64,000 nucleotides of DNA from Candidatus Uhrbacteria bacterium (lineage in GTDB: Bacteria; Patescibacteriota; Patescibacteriia; GWA2-47-26). The first letter of the stretch is position 1; each line of letters starts with the position of its first letter. Shown here one piece after another: positions 9,240 through 17,661 of the stretch. The notes below the pieces were generated by a model that saw only the letters and a program-made list of their open reading frames with translations, was not told the DNA's origin and did no database searches. Made by a program: the position numbers and the translations under genes. The stretch spans positions 4,525 through 68,524 of the forward strand of contig JACPJN010000008.1 in NCBI GenBank assembly GCA_016187515.1. Direction: 5' to 3'.

Positions 9240-9806
9240 ATGCTCTCCCACGCGCGCGGCCAAGGCCTTCTGGAAACGGTTGTCGCGATCGGAATTATTA
9301 CGACCGGTCTGTTTTCGGTTATTACCCTGGTCATTTCCAATCTGACTACCCAGCGTGAAGCCGCGTTTCGCTATCAGGCCATGAATTTCGCGCGCGAGGG
9401 GGTTGAACTTGCGCGCAACATTCGCGACTCCAATTGGTTGACGGGGCAAGATGACGTGTGGGCCGGTCTGCCGGCGGGTCAGTTAATTCCGCAGTTTGCT
9501 ATTGGAGAGGCGGAAATTAGGTTTGAACCGGCGCAGACGGGATCCCGGATTATTTATCAATGCGAGGACGGCTCCTACGCGCAGGGCCGCGCCAGCTGTA
9601 CCGCACCCACGCCTTTTTCGCGCACTGTCACGCTCGATATCTTGCCTTGCGGCGAGGAGGAGACCGTCCCCTGCGAGGGGCTGGAGGGGCTTCCAAGCGA
9701 GCGGCGGGCGCGAATCGCGATGCGGGTAACTGTCGAGGTGGCGTGGATAGACCAGGAGCGGCCGCGGAGCGTCGAATTAAGTCAGCTGTTATATGACTGG
9801 CGTTAG
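9240..9806 (+). CDS. minor pilin-like protein (PilV/PilW-like), hydrophobic N-terminal helix
   Basis: ARGQG|LLETVVAIGIITTGLFSVITLVISNL resembles a degenerate prepilin N-terminus. Location within the pilus cluster. Confidence 0.4.
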   Translation: MLSHARGQGLLETVVAIGIITTGLFSVITLVISNLTTQREAAFRYQAMNFAREGVELARNIRDSNWLTGQDDVWAGLPAGQLIPQFAIGEAEIRFEPAQTGSRIIYQCEDGSYAQGRASCTAPTPFSRTVTLDILPCGEEETVPCEGLEGLPSERRARIAMRVTVEVAWIDQERPRSVELSQLLYDWR

Positions 9807-10455
9807 AAAATGTAAAATGCAAAATGTAAAATGTAAAATTTTAAATTTTAAATTTTTAATTTTACATTCCAATAGGGGTTTTACACTAATGGAAATGCTG
9901 GTTGCTCTGACGCTGTTTTCGGTAGTGGTAACCGTGACCACGGATTTATTTTTTACATTTCAGCGCACCAGCCGAAGGACGGAAAACTTGGAAAGCGTAG
10001 TGGCGAGCGGCCGCTTGATGATGGAGCAGATCGCCCGCGAGGCGCGGCAGGGGACGATTGATTACGATTGGTATGCGCGGCAGTCAATCGATCTTTCGGC
10101 GCGGGCGGCCCAGCCGGTTTTAGCGCTTCGTGATCGAGAGGGCGGTCAGGTTCAGTTTGAATTTGACGAAAACCTCGGGACGCTGATGATGAGCCGGCGG
10201 GGAGGAAATCCGGAATCCTTGAATTCTCCGGATACGGCGGTGCTGCGGAATGCATATTTCTCAATTACCCCGGCCAGTGACCCGTTTCAGTTTATTAGCG
10301 ACCAAGATGATCCGCGCGCGGGACAATTTGGCGCCGATATTCAGCCGCGCGTAACGATTCTTCTGGCGCTACGCACCGCGGCTTTGCGCGGTCAGCAAAA
10401 TTATCTCGAGTATGATCTGCAAACTACCATCTCCAGCCGCGTTTACCGAAGATAG
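9793..10455 (+). CDS. pseudopilin with prepilin-type N-terminal domain (..NRG|FTLMEMLVALTLFSVVV) and a long K/M/N-rich leader
   Basis: Cleavage motif G/FTLME. Leader encoded by AAATGTAAAATGCAAAATG repeats with several in-frame ATGs, so the true start is ambiguous (9793-9817). Confidence 0.55.
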   Translation: MTGVRKCKMQNVKCKILNFKFLILHSNRGFTLMEMLVALTLFSVVVTVTTDLFFTFQRTSRRTENLESVVASGRLMMEQIAREARQGTIDYDWYARQSIDLSARAAQPVLALRDREGGQVQFEFDENLGTLMMSRRGGNPESLNSPDTAVLRNAYFSITPASDPFQFISDQDDPRAGQFGADIQPRVTILLALRTAALRGQQNYLEYDLQTTISSRVYRR

Positions 10456-11215
10456 GCGCGGGCCCGCCCGCCTGAAATTTTTTCCGCGCAAAAATTTGGA
10501 CGGGTACGCCTTACTGCTTGCGCTTGTGATCGTGAGCGCGGTGCTTTCCGCCGCCTCCGCGCTGGCCAGAATTGTTTTGTCGGAAATTAGACAAACGCGC
10601 GAGCTGGTTGATTCAATTCAGGCCTACGGGCAGGCGGAAAGTTTAAGCGAGACCGCTCTTTTTCTGGTTCGAAACCGGGAGTCGCTTGACGACGCGCAGG
10701 GCGCGTTTCCTTCCGGAGTTACGGTTGAGGAGGCCGCGGAGGCCCAGTATTTTACGATTGAAGACAGCGATTTTGTTTCTTTGCCAATACCGTTAAGCCA
10801 GGGACGGGAGCAAGTCAATCCGCGAATTATCGAGTGGACTCCGCAGGCCCAGTGCGCGGACGTGAGTTGGATTGAAATCACGACGATTTCCTGGAATCAA
10901 GGACCGCCGGCCGATGAAGATCCTTTTCAGTTTCAGCACTATCAGTTCTCGCGAGGGAGCAACTTTAACGCCGTGTCCGGTTCGGATATTATTCAATTCC
11001 CGCCCGGAATTCCAACCGAAATGCGCGTCCGCGCGTTATTTTGCGGGATTGAGCGCCTGGGCATTTCCGGAATTCCCGGACGCCTGCGCGTCGCTTCCAG
11101 CGCGACCGAGAAGGGGGTGCGGCAGACGATTGAAACCTATATACCGCAGCGCGCGCCGGTGTCGGGCTTGTTTGATTTTGTGATATTTTCCGAGGAAGAA
11201 ATCGTCAAAAATTAG
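10412..11215 (+). CDS. hypothetical membrane-anchored protein, possibly pilus-associated (PilX-like position); start uncertain
   Basis: One N-terminal TM helix (LLLALVIVSAVLSAASALA). Last gene of the pilus cluster before ligA. Confidence 0.3.
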   Translation: MICKLPSPAAFTEDRRGPARLKFFPRKNLDGYALLLALVIVSAVLSAASALARIVLSEIRQTRELVDSIQAYGQAESLSETALFLVRNRESLDDAQGAFPSGVTVEEAAEAQYFTIEDSDFVSLPIPLSQGREQVNPRIIEWTPQAQCADVSWIEITTISWNQGPPADEDPFQFQHYQFSRGSNFNAVSGSDIIQFPPGIPTEMRVRALFCGIERLGISGIPGRLRVASSATEKGVRQTIETYIPQRAPVSGLFDFVIFSEEEIVKN

Positions 11216-11229
11216 ACCGGGATTAAAAT

Positions 11230-13392
11230 ATGACTAAACAAGAGGCAAAGCAGAGGATTTCCAAATTGCGTCAAGCGATTGATCATCATCGCTATCTTTA
11301 TCATGTGCTGGATCGGCAAGAGATCTCGGAAGCCGCGCTTGACTCGCTTAAGCATGAATTATTTAAGTTGGAGCAGGAGTTTCCGGAATTTATCACTCCG
11401 GATTCGCCAACCCAGCGGGTCGGCGGGGCGCCTTTACCCGAGTTTAAGAAGGTGCCGCATAAGACCCCAATGCTTTCAATGGAAGATGTGTTTACCGCGG
11501 AGGAATTAAGCGAGTGGCTGGCGCGTATTAAGCGGTTATATCCGGCAGGCGCGTATGATTTTTACGCCGAGTTAAAGATGGACGGGCTTGCGGTCTCACT
11601 TATCTATAAACGCGGCGTCCTCGCCGTTGGCTCTACGCGTGGCGATGGGAGAGTGGGGGAGGATGTCACCCAGAATTTAAAGACGATCGAAGCGATCCCG
11701 CTCCGATTACGTATCCCGACGGAGAAGGAGATCAGAGAAATTTTTGCGGATCATAACCCCTCCCAACCTCCCCTTACCTTAAGGGGAGGAGATCGATCAA
11801 TACCCCCTCTTAAGATAAGAGGGGGGAGGGGGAGTTATGAGGCCGCAGGAAAGGCAGTGTATAACAACATCAGGAATGCGCTTGAACATGGCGAGATTGA
11901 AGTGCGCGGCGAGGTGTTCATGCTGAAGAAAACATTTGACGCACTCAATCGCGCACAAAATAAAAAAGGAGAAGAGCCGTTTGCCAATCCGCGCAATGCC
12001 TCCGCCGGTGCGATACGCCAGCTTGATCCGGCGATCAGTGCGTCGCGAAAACTTTCTTTTTTTGGTTATGCGCTTCTTTGCGATCTTGGTTTGACCATGC
12101 ATGCGCAGGAACATGAACTCATGAAATTGCTCGGTGTGCCGATTAATCCTTTGAGCGAGCATTGTGCGACCGTTAATGAAGTTGCTGCATATCAGAAACA
12201 TATTCAGAAAATGCGCGAAAAACTGCCATATTGGACCGATGGGATTGTGGCAGTCGTAAATGATGATCGCACTTTTGAACGGTTAGGCGTGGTCGGCAAA
12301 ACCCCGCGCGGAATCGTGGCATATAAATTCCCGGCGGAGCAGTCAACCACACACGTGGCCGAGGTGCGCTGGCAGGTGGGACGCACTGGAGTGCTCACCC
12401 CCGTGGCGGTGATGGATCCGGTATTTGTGGCCGGTACGACGGTGAGGCACGCGACCCTCCATAATATGGACGAGATTGAGCGGTTGGGGCTCAAGATGGG
12501 GGATACGGTTATTTTGGAAAAAGCCGGAGATATTATTCCGAAGATCATCAAGGTGCTTCCCAAATTGCGGACGGGAAAAGAAAAAGCGATCCAGGCGCCC
12601 ACGCACTGTCCGGTCTGCGCCGCGCGCGTGGAACGTCCCGAGGGAGAGGTGGCCATTCAATGCACGAACAAAAATTGTCCGGCCAAGCACCATGAGCGGC
12701 TGATTCATTTCGTGTCTAGAAAGGCGTTTGACATCGATGGACTGGGAGAAAAGATTGTGAAGCAGCTTATGGATGTTGGTCTTATCTCCACCCCGGCGGA
12801 TATTTTTAAACTGGAAAAAAGCGATCTGGTGGATCTCGAGCGATTCGCCGACAAGTCGGCAGAAAATTTGATTGCCGCCATTGCTAAAGCCCGCGAGATC
12901 AGTTTACCGCGCTTTATTTTTGCCCTCGGAATCAAACATGTTGGTGAAGAGACCGCGGTGGATTTGGCGAAAAGGTTTGGTACGCTAAAGAAGATTCGCG
13001 AGGCCACGTTTGAAGAATTGAATTCGGTTCCGAACATCGGAGAAGTCGTGGCGCAGTCATTACACGAATACTTTTCCGACAAGCACAGCCAAAAGCTGAT
13101 TGACGACTTACTCGCGTCCGGCATCAAAGTTCAAAGCTCTAAGCTCTCTGCCATAAGCCCTAAGCTTCACGGCCTGACGTTCGTTTTGACCGGCGGCCTG
13201 GAATCCATGACCCGCGATGAAGCCAAAGAAAAAATCCGCGATTTAGGCGGCGATATTTCCAGTTCTGTCTCGAAGAATACCGACTATGTTGTGGTTGGCA
13301 GCGAGCCAGGGGATAAACTGGCGCGAGCTAAAAAATTAAATGTAAAAATACTTAACGAGAAGCAATTTCTGGAAATGCTAACGGAAAAGTAA
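11230..13392 (+). CDS. ligA: NAD-dependent DNA ligase LigA carrying an in-frame palindromic element insertion (11752-11839)
   Basis: KMDGLAVSL adenylation motif, Cys4 zinc finger CPVC..C..NCPAK, HhH region, C-terminal BRCT (LTFVLTGGLESMTRDEA). The insertion encodes HNPSQPPLTLRGGDRSIPPLKIRGGRGSY. Confidence 0.9.
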   Translation: MTKQEAKQRISKLRQAIDHHRYLYHVLDRQEISEAALDSLKHELFKLEQEFPEFITPDSPTQRVGGAPLPEFKKVPHKTPMLSMEDVFTAEELSEWLARIKRLYPAGAYDFYAELKMDGLAVSLIYKRGVLAVGSTRGDGRVGEDVTQNLKTIEAIPLRLRIPTEKEIREIFADHNPSQPPLTLRGGDRSIPPLKIRGGRGSYEAAGKAVYNNIRNALEHGEIEVRGEVFMLKKTFDALNRAQNKKGEEPFANPRNASAGAIRQLDPAISASRKLSFFGYALLCDLGLTMHAQEHELMKLLGVPINPLSEHCATVNEVAAYQKHIQKMREKLPYWTDGIVAVVNDDRTFERLGVVGKTPRGIVAYKFPAEQSTTHVAEVRWQVGRTGVLTPVAVMDPVFVAGTTVRHATLHNMDEIERLGLKMGDTVILEKAGDIIPKIIKVLPKLRTGKEKAIQAPTHCPVCAARVERPEGEVAIQCTNKNCPAKHHERLIHFVSRKAFDIDGLGEKIVKQLMDVGLISTPADIFKLEKSDLVDLERFADKSAENLIAAIAKAREISLPRFIFALGIKHVGEETAVDLAKRFGTLKKIREATFEELNSVPNIGEVVAQSLHEYFSDKHSQKLIDDLLASGIKVQSSKLSAISPKLHGLTFVLTGGLESMTRDEAKEKIRDLGGDISSSVSKNTDYVVVGSEPGDKLARAKKLNVKILNEKQFLEMLTEK

Positions 13393-13515
13393 CAAGGGTA
13401 GAAAATAATTAAAATCACTCAAAACGTCAAAATACTCAAAAGAATCCATAGCCCATAGCCGTAAAATACTCACGATCGTGAATAAAATTCTACTACGTCT
13501 GCCGTATTCATTATT

Positions 13516-14133
13516 ATGCCGCAAAAAAGTAAAAAGAGGAGTCCATCACGCACTCAGCGCATTTTAGCTAAAATTGATCCGGTGCTTACTCCCGCGCGAG
13601 AGGCATTGTATGAACTAAATCTATTTCTCGGAGCCGCTTCCGGATGGCATCCGATGAGTATTAGTGAATACGAAGACCGCCTTGCAGGGCAGCAGTGGCG
13701 TGAAAAGAAGGAGCGAATTCAATATCTCAAAGAACGGAAATGGATTGAAACGAAAAAGATAGGAAAAAAACTGATGGTGCGGCTTACCGAAAAGGGATGG
13801 CAACAGGTGTTGCGCGACCACATACGATGCACAAAAGTTATGTGCAAGGATGGGGTATGCATTCTCGTGATTTTTGATGTTCCGGAATCGCAACGGCATG
13901 TGCGCGATACATTGCGTTGGATTTTGTCGGAGTGTGGTTTTACTATGCTCCAGAAAAGCGTGTGGTACACCAATAAAGACGTACTTGAACCCCTCTGCGC
14001 GCTTCTTCAAGGAGCAAAACTCAATAAGTGGGTACGTATCATTGTAGGTAATGAGTTTCGGCAGTCGATGATAAAAAATGCAGTAGTTCGTCTGCACGCT
14101 AGGCAAAAGTCCGCAAAAAGCTCACGATCGTGA
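13516..14133 (+). CDS. winged-helix domain fused to a Cas2-like C-terminal domain (orphan Cas2 homolog)
   Basis: C-terminal half ILVIFDVPESQRHVRDTLRWILSECGFTMLQKSVWY..VRIIVGNEFRQSMI matches the Cas2 pattern (beta1-FD-V, basic helix, G-F/RxQxSV). N-terminal ~110 aa is wHTH-like (KKLMVRLTEKGWQ). No cas1 or CRISPR array in the window. Confidence 0.45.
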   Translation: MPQKSKKRSPSRTQRILAKIDPVLTPAREALYELNLFLGAASGWHPMSISEYEDRLAGQQWREKKERIQYLKERKWIETKKIGKKLMVRLTEKGWQQVLRDHIRCTKVMCKDGVCILVIFDVPESQRHVRDTLRWILSECGFTMLQKSVWYTNKDVLEPLCALLQGAKLNKWVRIIVGNEFRQSMIKNAVVRLHARQKSAKSSRS

Positions 14134-14144
14134 GCTTTTTGCGG
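14111..14144 (+). terminator. 34-nt perfect palindrome CCGCAAAAAGCTCACGATCGTGAGCTTTTTGCGG overlapping the stop codon of the Cas2-like gene; likely bidirectional terminator
   Basis: Perfect hairpin flanked by A and T runs. Identical copy at 58404-58437. Confidence 0.5.
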
Positions 14145-14436
14145 CAATGGACGGGGTAGTGTGTTTATTGGTGTGGTAGTGTTGCTGATATTTTTACTGG
14201 TAGTGTTGCTCGGTAGAGGTAGCAGAATCACTACTGCGCATTTGTCGCGGTATATTATTTACGATCGTAAATAATATACGGAAGGCGGAAGGATGACATG
14301 GCAAGCCAGTAGAGTCAATTATGGCAAATTGTGGAGAAAGTGGAGAAAAAGAAAACCGAGCGAGGGCTCGGTTGGCGGCGTGCGCGGTGCACGTTCGCCC
14401 TAGTGATACAGTCGTGGGTGGCCTGCCTGCTGTTGA

Positions 14437-15540
14437 TCAGGAAACTGGCGGACAGGTACCTCTGTGCATGCCTCCCTCGTCCGGTTCGGGGAGCGGCCAA
14501 GCATCCTCCGGCTCGTAGATCTTGCCGAGCGGAGACAGCTCCATGCGGATAATCCCTTGTGCATCCGTTGGCGCTGGCTTGGCGTTGGGCCAGTGGATCT
14601 GGCCGCAGCAGGGGGAATTGACAAGCATGTCACGGTAGAGCGGTACGGCTTGCCGGATGAGCGGCGATGGGTCGCTCCGTTCGAGATCCGCAAGTACCGG
14701 GCTCCAGATCCTCGCTCCTTCTGCGCGATCATCTTGATGCATCCCTGCGATGGCGTTAAGCCAGCCATGCAGCAGAGCGAGACGAACTTCCTCCGGCAGT
14801 CGGGTATCCCGGAAGCGCTGCACTCTTACGATGCTCGTGAGAGCGCCACGGCGCGTGAAATACACCGCGATCCGCATTGCGGCACGCGCGAGGTCTCCAT
14901 CGCAGTGCTGGATGTCGTCCGTCACGGTCTGCTCGAACCACGGTTCGGCCGCGAGCGCCCGGCTGCGCGAATTCTCAATAAGCGTGTCAGAGGGCGTCTT
15001 ACCAAGCTGGTCCGCAAGACCCCTGTACGCGTGGTAGCGTAGGTGGGCTTTGGTTTCCTTGGGATTAGGATGGCCATGAAGGTATTCACGCAGGAACGCG
15101 TAGAACTGATCGAACTCCGCCGGAGTACGCTTCGAAGGCGCGATCGCCCGATCGATGCGGATCTTGCCGTCCTCGTTACGTGCTGGCAAGAGACACAGCA
15201 GCGTATCCGGTGCGCTCGGGTCCGGAAACATGTCCGTGTAGTAGTCGAAGACCATGTATTCTCCGCACTGCCGCGGCTTGAAGGTAGCATCCACCTCCGA
15301 CTCGCCCTTGGGTGCGCAGGCGCTGCCGTTTTGGTTCGTGCGCATGTGGTAGCCCGTAGGGCAGGCGATCTGTTGAGATGCAACTGACGGTGCACGATCC
15401 GCGGGCTGCTTTTGTACCACACGGGACGTGAGCCAGTGCTCCTGCTTTTTCGAGGTCGCGCATCCGGCGAGCGCCAGAGCGCAGATCATGAGAACGTGCA
15501 AAGAGCGCATCGGGAATTCCTCCTTGTTTATGCTCTCCAT
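14437..15540 (-). CDS. hypothetical lipoprotein (signal peptide + lipobox LALAGC); GC-rich gene, likely horizontally acquired
   Basis: N-terminus MRSLHVLMICALALAGCATSKK. Local GC is clearly higher than flanking genes. Minus-strand terminator hairpin CCGAGCCCTCGCTCGG + T-run at about 14355-14385. Confidence 0.5.
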   Translation of the reverse strand: MESINKEEFPMRSLHVLMICALALAGCATSKKQEHWLTSRVVQKQPADRAPSVASQQIACPTGYHMRTNQNGSACAPKGESEVDATFKPRQCGEYMVFDYYTDMFPDPSAPDTLLCLLPARNEDGKIRIDRAIAPSKRTPAEFDQFYAFLREYLHGHPNPKETKAHLRYHAYRGLADQLGKTPSDTLIENSRSRALAAEPWFEQTVTDDIQHCDGDLARAAMRIAVYFTRRGALTSIVRVQRFRDTRLPEEVRLALLHGWLNAIAGMHQDDRAEGARIWSPVLADLERSDPSPLIRQAVPLYRDMLVNSPCCGQIHWPNAKPAPTDAQGIIRMELSPLGKIYEPEDAWPLPEPDEGGMHRGTCPPVS

Positions 15541-15673
15541 GGGGCTTAGGTAGCACTGGTGACTGGCTAAAAGAGCGTTGCCCCATCACTATTTTTAACC
15601 TATCACTGATTACAGTGAAAGTCAAGAGGTCGGCTATTGCATTGCGTTATAAAGTAGAGTACACTGTTTAACT

Positions 15674-15967
15674 ATGGCACTCACTAAAGCAGAAGTCCTG
15701 CATATTGCAAAATTGGCGCGGTTGGAGTTGAAGGAAGAAGAGGTGGAGAAATTTCGGACGCAGTTGTCCGAGATTTTGGAGTATGTGGGGCAGTTGCAAA
15801 AGGTGGACACGGCCGGGATTGAGCCGATTTCCCAAATTACGGGTTTGCAAAATGTAGTGCGGGAAGATTTGGTGCGCGGATGTGAACCGGACGTGCGGGA
15901 CGCTATGCTTGAGCAGTTTCCGAAAAGGAGAGGAGATTTGCTCGAGACACTAGGCGTGTTTGAGTAA
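15674..15967 (+). CDS. gatC: Asp-tRNA(Asn)/Glu-tRNA(Gln) amidotransferase subunit C
   Basis: 97 aa. MALTKAEVLHIAKLARLELKEEEVEKFRTQLSEILEYV is typical of GatC. Directly upstream of gatA. Confidence 0.8.
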   Translation: MALTKAEVLHIAKLARLELKEEEVEKFRTQLSEILEYVGQLQKVDTAGIEPISQITGLQNVVREDLVRGCEPDVRDAMLEQFPKRRGDLLETLGVFE

Positions 15968-16090
15968 TTTCTAATTGTTCTAATTATTCTAATTGATCTA
16001 AACAATGACTAATGTCCAATGACCAAAATTGGGATTTGGGGCTTGGGATTTGTTTAGAATAATTAGGTCAATTAGGTGAATTAGATCAAT
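15964..16090. repeat. AT-rich inverted-repeat element (arms ..TTCTAATTATTCTAATTGATCTAAACAA / TTGTTTAGAATAATTAGGTCAATTAGGTGAATTAGA) filling the gatC-gatA intergenic region
   Basis: Second copy at 17547-17658. The left end abuts the gatC stop codon TAA. Confidence 0.6.
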
Positions 16091-16092
16091 TT

Positions 16093-17556
16093 ATGCCAAA
16101 GCTCAACGAACTCACCATCACCGCCGCCCACGAGGGTTTAAAGCAAAAAGAATTTTCGTCCGAGGAATTGACGCGGGCGTGTCTTAGTCGTATTGCCGAG
16201 GTGGATGGCAAGATCGGCGCGTTTTTGACGGTGCTTGATAAAGAGGCGATCGCGCAGGCCAAAGCCGTGGATAAAAACATCAAGGCCGGTTTGATTCCGG
16301 GTCCGCTGGAGGGGATTCCGGTAGCGCTCAAAGATAATATGTTGGTGCAAGGAGTGAAATGCACGGCGTCTTCGCGTATTTTGGAAAACTACGTTGCGGC
16401 GTATGACGCAACAGTGGTTACAAAGCTCAAACGCGCCGGCGCGGTGATTTTAGGTAAGACCAACAATGATGAATTCGCCATGGGATCTTCCGGCGAAAAC
16501 TCGGCATTCAAGGTTACAAAAAATCCTCATGACCCGGAGCGCGTGCCGGGCGGATCCTCGGCTGGATCGGCGGCCGCAGTGGCGGCCCACGAAACAATCT
16601 ACGCGCTGGGATCTGATACGGGCGGCTCCATTCGTCAGCCGGCTGCGTTATGCGGCGTGGTGGGACTGAAGCCCACTTACGGTTCAGTGTCTCGGTATGG
16701 GTTAATTGCTATGTCATCCGGCTTAGATATCATTGGGCCGTTGACCAAAACCGTGGAAGATGCTCGGATTGTGTTTGATGCGATAAGAGGGAAAGACCCG
16801 ATGGATGCGACGACGGTGGAATTGAGAGAATCAGGAATCATGAATTATGAATCAGGGGTTGGGTTGAAAGACGTACGTATCGGTGTACCGAAGGAGTATT
16901 TTATTGATGGGATGGATAAGGAGACTGAAGCGCGGGTACGCGAGGGCATTGCACAGCTTAAAAAACTCGGCGCTCAAATTGTCGAAATTTCTTTACCATA
17001 TTCTCCGTATGCGCTGGCGGTCTATTATATTTTGATGCCGGCGGAGGTGTCGGCGAATTTGGCAAGGTATGATGGAATACGATATGGATATAGTGAATTA
17101 GTTCACAGTCCACAGTCGTCAGTTCACAGTTTGTTGGAGTTGTACGAGAAATCGCGTTCCGAAGGTTTTGGCGACGAGCCAAAGCGGCGGATTATGATCG
17201 GAACGTATGTGCTTTCGGCCGGATACGCCGATGCTTATTATAAAAAGGCACAAGCCGTTCGCACCCTCGTAAAGCGCGATTTTGATGAGGCCTTTTTGAA
17301 AGTGGATTGTATTGCCACTCCAACTACACCAACTCCGGCTTGGCTTATTGGCGAGAAGATGGATGATCCGCTGTCCATGTATCTTGCCGATATTTATACT
17401 GTGTCCGCAAATATCGCGGGGATTCCGGGAATTTCAGTACCTTGCGGCAAGGCGCAGGGGCTGCCGGTGGGGTTGCAAATTCTGGCGCCGCAGTTGCGAG
17501 AGGATGTGGTGTTTAGGGTGGCAGGAGCGTATGAGCAGAGTCGTACAAATTTCTAA
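16093..17556 (+). CDS. gatA: Glu-tRNA(Gln)/Asp-tRNA(Asn) amidotransferase subunit A
   Basis: Amidase signature GGSSGGSAAAVAA and GatA-length protein (487 aa). Confidence 0.9.
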   Translation: MPKLNELTITAAHEGLKQKEFSSEELTRACLSRIAEVDGKIGAFLTVLDKEAIAQAKAVDKNIKAGLIPGPLEGIPVALKDNMLVQGVKCTASSRILENYVAAYDATVVTKLKRAGAVILGKTNNDEFAMGSSGENSAFKVTKNPHDPERVPGGSSAGSAAAVAAHETIYALGSDTGGSIRQPAALCGVVGLKPTYGSVSRYGLIAMSSGLDIIGPLTKTVEDARIVFDAIRGKDPMDATTVELRESGIMNYESGVGLKDVRIGVPKEYFIDGMDKETEARVREGIAQLKKLGAQIVEISLPYSPYALAVYYILMPAEVSANLARYDGIRYGYSELVHSPQSSVHSLLELYEKSRSEGFGDEPKRRIMIGTYVLSAGYADAYYKKAQAVRTLVKRDFDEAFLKVDCIATPTTPTPAWLIGEKMDDPLSMYLADIYTVSANIAGIPGISVPCGKAQGLPVGLQILAPQLREDVVFRVAGAYEQSRTNF

Positions 17557-17658
17557 TTGCTCTAATTATTCTAATTGACCTAAACAATACACAATATCCA
17601 ATGTTCAATCTTGGGATTTGTTTAGAATAATTAGGTCAATTAGGTGAATTAGAAATTT
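17547..17658. repeat. second copy of the AT-rich inverted-repeat element, overlapping the last codons and stop of gatA
   Basis: About 90% identical arms to 15964-16090. Central loop contains TTGGGATTTG, as in the pilD insertion. Confidence 0.6.
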
Positions 17659-17661
17659 ACC

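Noticed and set aside
13516-14133. Presence of a CRISPR-Cas adaptation module
   Set aside because: Only a Cas2-like domain is seen. No cas1 and no repeat-spacer array anywhere in the 64 kb.
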